From assembly GCA_965248195.1 (NCBI GenBank), contig CBDFIQ010000002.1, forward strand, positions 768,001 through 832,000: 64,000 nt of DNA. The letters are read 5' to 3'. This DNA is from Longimicrobiales bacterium (GTDB lineage: Bacteria; Gemmatimonadota; Gemmatimonadetes; Longimicrobiales; Gaopeijiaceae). The translations under genes were made by a program, and so were the position numbers. Shown piece after piece: positions 58,957 through 64,000 of the stretch (the first letter of the stretch is position 1; each line of letters opens with the position of its first letter). The notes under the pieces are model-generated. The model saw only the letters and a program-made list of their open reading frames with translations, was not told the DNA's origin and ran no database searches.

Positions 58957-59492
58957 AATGGCACGCTCACGCACTTTTGGCGAAAATTCGCTCGCTCTTC
59001 ACCTGATGACTCCCATGCTCTCAAGAATAGAATCTCCGGGAAATCTGGGGCCTGTTGGCTGTGTAAGACGTGTCACAAGAACACTCGCACGTTTGGTAAG
59101 CCGCTCTAGGCTGCCAATCAGCCGATAGTGTGAGGAGGAGGCTCACGGTGTCGCTCATCACTTCCGAGCGCACCGTGAGTTCTCCCTGAGCCTGTCCCGC
59201 CTCGGTGACGTGGATCGAAACGCCCACCGTGTCTCCGAGTTCTGAAACCAAGGCCGGTCCCATGCAATCCAACACGAGATTGGCTAGGGACCCCCACCCC
59301 CCGTTCGCTCCCACCACAAAGCATATCTCGAAGATCCTCCCGCCGCCTCCACTGCCGCAAAGAATTCGAACCGCCGTCCGGGCCCTGGTGGCCGGGCGGC
59401 GGTTCGAGGAGGGCATTGGCGATTGCTCTCTGCTTTAAGTTCTAAGAATCCGAGCGTTGAGCAGACTACTCAGCACCACCGCATAGAAATCA

Positions 59493-59530
59493 GAGAGCCC
59501 GACGCGGAAGTGAATCCGCGCCGGGCTCTC
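59493..59530 (-). terminator. strong hairpin, possible intrinsic terminator
   Basis: GAGAGCCCGACGCGGA/TCCGCGCCGGGCTCTC stem, followed by TGATTTCT on the minus strand. Confidence 0.45.
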
Positions 59531-59564
59531 CGGAACCGCTGCTGTGCCTGCCCTTCAGACAGGC

Positions 59565-59779
59565 TGAACAGCGCACCTGATGGTTAACACAATGGTGCCA
59601 GCTGATGGTTAACAGATTGGGTTACGTCCTGTGTTGCCGTGGGTGTCGAAAATGACGAAGAGTTCTTCGTCAAACCACCCGAGGGTAGTGGGTCCGAAGT
59701 AGACCTGCCACAGCGCGGGACCGATGGGTTCGAGGCCGACGAACTCGTTGCCCAGCGCCTAGCTGATGTTGATCCAACG
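59565..59779 (-). mobile_element. IS481-like transposase C-terminal remnant with right end
   Basis: RWINIS*ALGNEFVGLEPIGPALWQVYFGPTTLGWFD; two TGTTAACCATCAG sub-repeats 25 bp apart, ending ...TGTTCA. Confidence 0.65.
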
Positions 59780-59987
59780 CGATCCTCCGACTCGATCAGC
59801 CAAATACGCGAAGCGCGGGTCGGGCGCCACGTGCGCGGTGTCCGTTCCGGCACCCCGAGCCCAGGTTGCCCTTCGACGGCACCTTGACAGCGTTGTAGCG
59901 CAGCGGCCAGGCGCCCTGGCGGCGGTGTCCTCGTTTCAGCGGCCTGCCGGCCAGCACGACACCACTGCCAGCGACGTACCGGCTTGG

Positions 59988-60611
59988 TCAACGCCTCCGT
60001 GCCACATACTCGCGCCACCGGGCCCTCAGCATGTACGCATGGACGATCTCGAACGGTCTGAAGAGGCGCTCGACGTGCATGGGCAGCAGCTGTGGCACCA
60101 GCGGCTCGGGGGGACCCACGGCCTGTTGCGACACACGGTCGAGATTGATGAGCGTGAGACGAAGAGGCGGGGCCGACTCGTCTCCCGACGAGTCCACGAC
60201 AGCGTGCAGCCACGCGCCTGGAGCGGTGACCTCGACCAGGCAATCCATCAAGCGTTCTCGTTCGTGGGGGCCCAGGCGGTCCATGACGTCCCATGCCAGC
60301 ACGACGTCGTAGGCACATGGGCCCGGCGGCAGCTCTGTGAGCGCCGACGCAAGAGCTTCACCGTGTGGCGGCGATGGGGTGAGGCCGGCGAACCGGATCT
60401 GCCGTGAGAACTGTCCGAGGACTTCCAAGTGCGAGTTCCCCGCGTGGTCCGCCAAATCCAGGATCGAATAGCCTCTGTCCCCGCCCAGCGCCTCGAAGAG
60501 CGCCAAGAGTCCCGGTGAGATCCACTCCACGGGTGCTTGCGTCGCGCCCACGTGCTCCTCGGCCGTGGAGTGGCTCGAGGGACGTTGCCGGAGCCGCTCG
60601 AGCCAGGACAC
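59988..60611 (-). CDS. hypothetical protein, degenerate class I SAM methyltransferase-like
   Basis: SILDL, YDVVLAWDV and APGAWL; directly downstream of bactofilin. Confidence 0.65.
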   Translation of the reverse strand: MSWLERLRQRPSSHSTAEEHVGATQAPVEWISPGLLALFEALGGDRGYSILDLADHAGNSHLEVLGQFSRQIRFAGLTPSPPHGEALASALTELPPGPCAYDVVLAWDVMDRLGPHERERLMDCLVEVTAPGAWLHAVVDSSGDESAPPLRLTLINLDRVSQQAVGPPEPLVPQLLPMHVERLFRPFEIVHAYMLRARWREYVARRR

Positions 60612-60623
60612 CTAGTAGCCCAC

Positions 60624-61241
60624 CTAGGCTCCGGCCCGGCCCACCCCGCTGGACTCGCTCTTGCCCTGCGTCGGACGGCCCGAGCTCGGAGACCAGGGTT
60701 TCGACCGGCGGGACGCTCCTGCGGAGCCGGAAGAAGTCGGGCGTGGCTTCGTGTCCAACGGGGCCGGCGACTCGGCCTTCGCGTCGACCGCAGGAGCGTC
60801 GGTCGCGGCCGTGTGGCCGGTCTCGGCATCGGCATCCCTCGCTCTCATGTCGACGAGGCCAACGAAGGTGGCACCGTCCTCGATGACCACTCGTGGAGCC
60901 GTGAGGTCTCCTTGTACGTGAGCCGATCCACGTAGAACGATCTGCTCCAGTGCGTTGAGATCGCCCTCGACCTTGCCCTCGATCATGATGACTCTGCCGG
61001 TGATTTTCGCCTTCACGTGCCCTTCGGCTCCCACTCCGACCGCGTGCTGATCCAGTGTTACCGATCCGTCCACCTGGCCTTGGATCAAGATGCCTTCGCT
61101 TCCCGTCACATCCCCGCGGATGACGATGGTCGGGCCGATTGTGGCCGGAGCTCGGGAGGCAGTCGTCGGCGCGACCACTGTTACCTTGGGCACGCTTTCG
61201 GCTGCAGGCGGCGCCCCCTGTCCCTCGCCTCTCTTCCACAT
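60624..61241 (-). CDS. bactofilin (polymer-forming cytoskeletal protein)
   Basis: TIGPTIVIRGDV...IQGQVDG...IEGKVEGD...VQGDL.APRVVIEDGATFVG. Confidence 0.9.
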   Translation of the reverse strand: MWKRGEGQGAPPAAESVPKVTVVAPTTASRAPATIGPTIVIRGDVTGSEGILIQGQVDGSVTLDQHAVGVGAEGHVKAKITGRVIMIEGKVEGDLNALEQIVLRGSAHVQGDLTAPRVVIEDGATFVGLVDMRARDADAETGHTAATDAPAVDAKAESPAPLDTKPRPTSSGSAGASRRSKPWSPSSGRPTQGKSESSGVGRAGA

Positions 61242-61663
61242 GTGTGCCCCCTGTTGTTGCGACCTCTGCGTACACGCCCAGTGGAAATTTAGCGCCCTCC
61301 GATTGCACTGTACAGTACGATCTCTCGCATCATCCAACCACCGCTGCAGGTCCACGTCTGGCCAGTCCTTGGAATCCATACCTCGTTGGCACGCGCATCA
61401 CGGTCTCCCGTAGTATCATCGGTGTCGAAGCCCTCTGGCGTGTGGGGTGATCCTTTGGTCGGGACGCCCCAACCTACCACGTCTCGGAGGGCTCCTTCGT
61501 TTGCCTCTTGCTCCAAAGCTTCCCGTGCCTTTTCCTCGCGCCTTCGGCGCTCGGGGCCCACGGCTCCCTCGGCTACGGGAGTGTCAAATTCTCGACCGTT
61601 GCTTTTTTACAAGATCAAACCGTTGGTGAGAGCCGATCGCGAATCTCCCCCCCTTAGCTTCCT

Positions 61664-62110
61664 TCACCCAGTAGGCTTGCCCAACATGTCGTGGATCTGC
61701 CTGTCGACCCACGAATCAATCTCGCAAACGATCCGGCTTGTGGTCGCCATGAGTCGCTCTGGGAGCGGCATTTGGTGTAACCCGAGACTCACGTACTCCA
61801 ATGACTTGGAGCCGTAGAGCGGATTGAGGAGACTGAGCACCTCCTCATCCTCAGGTCTGAGTTCAGCGACGCCGGGGGGCAGCACTTTTCGCGCGGCAAT
61901 CTTGCACTTGTCGAGCTTGTGGCGGAACTTGTTCTTGAGCCGATCTTCGGAGATCCCGTCAACGATCAGCACGGCTTTGAGGGCGAGCTCGATCGCGTGA
62001 CCCGCTAAGTAACAGGCGAAGTAATCCCCCGTGTCATCAGAGCGAGCGAAGCTCCTGCTTTGGCAGCCCGTGGATGTTGACGATGTGGCAGTGATGGACG
62101 AGGCGGTCAC
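61664..62110 (-). CDS. HEPN-like domain protein (start uncertain, possibly partial)
   Basis: YLAGHAIELALKAVL...FRHKL pattern. Confidence 0.6.
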   Translation of the reverse strand: MTASSITATSSTSTGCQSRSFARSDDTGDYFACYLAGHAIELALKAVLIVDGISEDRLKNKFRHKLDKCKIAARKVLPPGVAELRPEDEEVLSLLNPLYGSKSLEYVSLGLHQMPLPERLMATTSRIVCEIDSWVDRQIHDMLGKPTG

Positions 62111-62379
62111 GGCCTGGCCCTCGCGTGGGGAGGGCTCTGGAGCCTTGCGCCGCTCACACCTCCGGAACTCCCCCGACTGGCCGTCGTAGGGCTCGATGTG
62201 AGATCGGTAGCGTTCGCGTTTCAGTTTCGCTTTGCCGGGGAGTAGATGGCACACGCTGGCGGCGGTTACTATTATCACCGAATGCCCCTCGGGATTGTGC
62301 GTGATGGTGACTTATTGGTGACTCAGTATCACGTTGGGGACGCAGTAGCACAGTCTAAGTGACTGTGTAGTAATAATTT

Positions 62380-62452
62380 GCTGGCGTAGCTCAACTGGTA
62401 GAGCAGCTGCCTTGTAAGCAGCAGGTTAACGGTTCGAGTCCGTTCGCCAGCT
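62380..62452 (+). tRNA. tRNA-Thr (TGT), CCA not encoded
   Basis: Acceptor GCTGGCG/CGCCAGC; D arm GCTC/GAGC; anticodon stem GCTGC/GCAGC with loop CTTGTAA; T loop TTCGAGT. Confidence 0.96.
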
Positions 62453-62573
62453 TTGGTTTAAGTGAATGTCATACTCACAGCGGACGGTCAGGAGAGGGTT
62501 GTCCGTGACCGCCTCATTGGAGAAGGCGGTTCTGTGTCCTAGTCCCCTCCAACGCGCCGCGACCACGCTTACT

Positions 62574-63945
62574 CTAGAAGCCGTCCGTGAGGTCGTGGAT
62601 GACCGCCGCAAGAGCGGGGTCGATGCCCGGCTCCATCGCTTTCTGCAGCAGGCCTTTCCGGACGTTCAATTCCTTCGTGATGGCGCCGACATGGCGGCCC
62701 ATGGCCAGGAATTGACCGACGAGGCGCGGCCGGCCTTTCAGCGCCCCTCCTAAAGTCCAGGCGAGAAGCTTAGGCACGGGAAACGCATCGTAGGGCGAGA
62801 CCCGGTGCTCGAAGGTGTCCGCCATGCGGCTCCTGTACTCTGGTATCTCATTCACGTGAGAGAACACGAGACAGTCGAGGTCGGTGGGTGGAGCAGCCGC
62901 TCCTTGGTCCCGCCCAAAGAAGTGATAAGGGAGTCCGGCAACATCGCACGCGCGCCACCACTGGATGAGCGCCTGGTCGTCGTCCAGCGCGATCGCCACG
63001 GCAAGGCTGCGGGCTTGGAGCAGCGCTTCGGTGATGCCGTCCCCGATGAGCCAGTCTTTATGGTGGCCGGCATCGCCGACCAGGACCCAGCCGGGACCCG
63101 TCGCGGTCCGGAAGAAATGACGCTCGCTGATCGTCCCGCGGACGCGCCCGTCAAGCTGAGTTCCATCAATCAATGGGCCGGTAACCGGGTCCGATGCAAG
63201 GTCGGCCCGTAGCGCGGCTTCCGGGTCCTCCCGCCATGACGCGACCCGGTCAAGTGGCGGGGCACTTGAGATGAGGAGCTGGTCATTGTCCGTTTGAAAG
63301 ATGAGCCGGGTGTTGCCATCAGTGTTCGCCACATACATGCCGAACGGGTAAGCCGAGTCCGTCCTCCAGAAGGTCGGCGCCTCCCAGTAACCCCAGTAGG
63401 CCGCTCTAGGAGCGTCCCACGTGAGGTATTCCTCGGCCTCGACGAGACCCGCGATGGTCGAGTGCCGTCCATCGGCACCCACGACCAGTCGTGCGCGAAA
63501 AGTGTACTCCTGCCTGTTGTTCTCGGCCCTTACTCCGACAACACGCCCGTCCTCTTCCAGAAGCGCATTGGCGCGGGTCCGATCCCGCAACTCCGCTCCA
63601 GCGGCGACCGCCGCGTCCTGCAGAAGACCGTCCAGCCGATAGCGCCGCGGACAGTATTCGGCCCGTCCGTCGGCAAACTGCAAGTCGACGTGGGCGTTGT
63701 TCTTGCGGAGCCTGGACCAGGTGGGTTGCTGGCGATCCCTCGCGTACTGCGGTACCAACGCCCAGCTCATCGAGAACGTCGATACCAGGCGGATGAATGG
63801 TGTGGGTCGAGATGACCTGGTCGCTCGGCAGCGGGTCCTTGTCCAGCAGGAGCACGGAAGCGCCTGCGCGGCTCAGCAGTGTCGCGAGTGACACACCAGC
63901 ACATCGCGCACCGACGATTACGACATCATATTCCGCAGCACTCAT
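62574..63945 (-). pseudogene. FAD-dependent oxidoreductase (geranylgeranyl reductase-like), frameshifted
   Basis: N-terminal VIVGARCAG in one frame; VGADG and LVGDAG in another; the frames join if one base at 63714-63715 is removed. Confidence 0.82.
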
Positions 63946-64000
63946 CCGTCCTCTTCTCCTGGGGGGTTACGTCGTGGGACCACTCTGGACAACCGACATC

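Noticed and set aside
59021..59416. 131-aa minus-strand ORF
   Set aside because: No recognisable motif or RBS; possibly a decayed fragment

Overview
GC-rich bacterial chromosome segment. Gene content and motifs suggest Gemmatimonadota (inference, not verified). About 17-53 kb is mostly intact housekeeping genes: ggt, murQ-anmK, class II nrdJ with NrdR boxes, sufE, rocD, yggX-like, dksA-like, rnd, pgi, smpB, an amidase, pyrD-pyrF, cysS and panE. Two accessory zones show decay. The first (4-15.4 kb) has two divergent class III cyclases, a kinase remnant, an outer-membrane protein/ceramidase operon and a split PEP-synthase-like dikinase; a BamA-like gene and the dikinase ATP-binding gene are both 5'-truncated back to back. 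The second (55.8-64 kb) has an IS256 without target duplication between two 5'-truncated genes, an IS481 remnant, bactofilin, a HEPN-like gene, a possible integrase remnant, tRNA-Thr(TGT) and a frameshifted FAD oxidoreductase. No CRISPR array or rRNA was seen. The best leads are a single-ring ClpB-type AAA+ protein fused to a receiver domain, the ceramidase operon, at least 10 tandem micro-duplications mostly at gene termini, an inverted twin promoter at 53.4-53.6 kb, and a structured RNA candidate upstream of the yggX-like gene. All calls were made by eye; no database searches were run.
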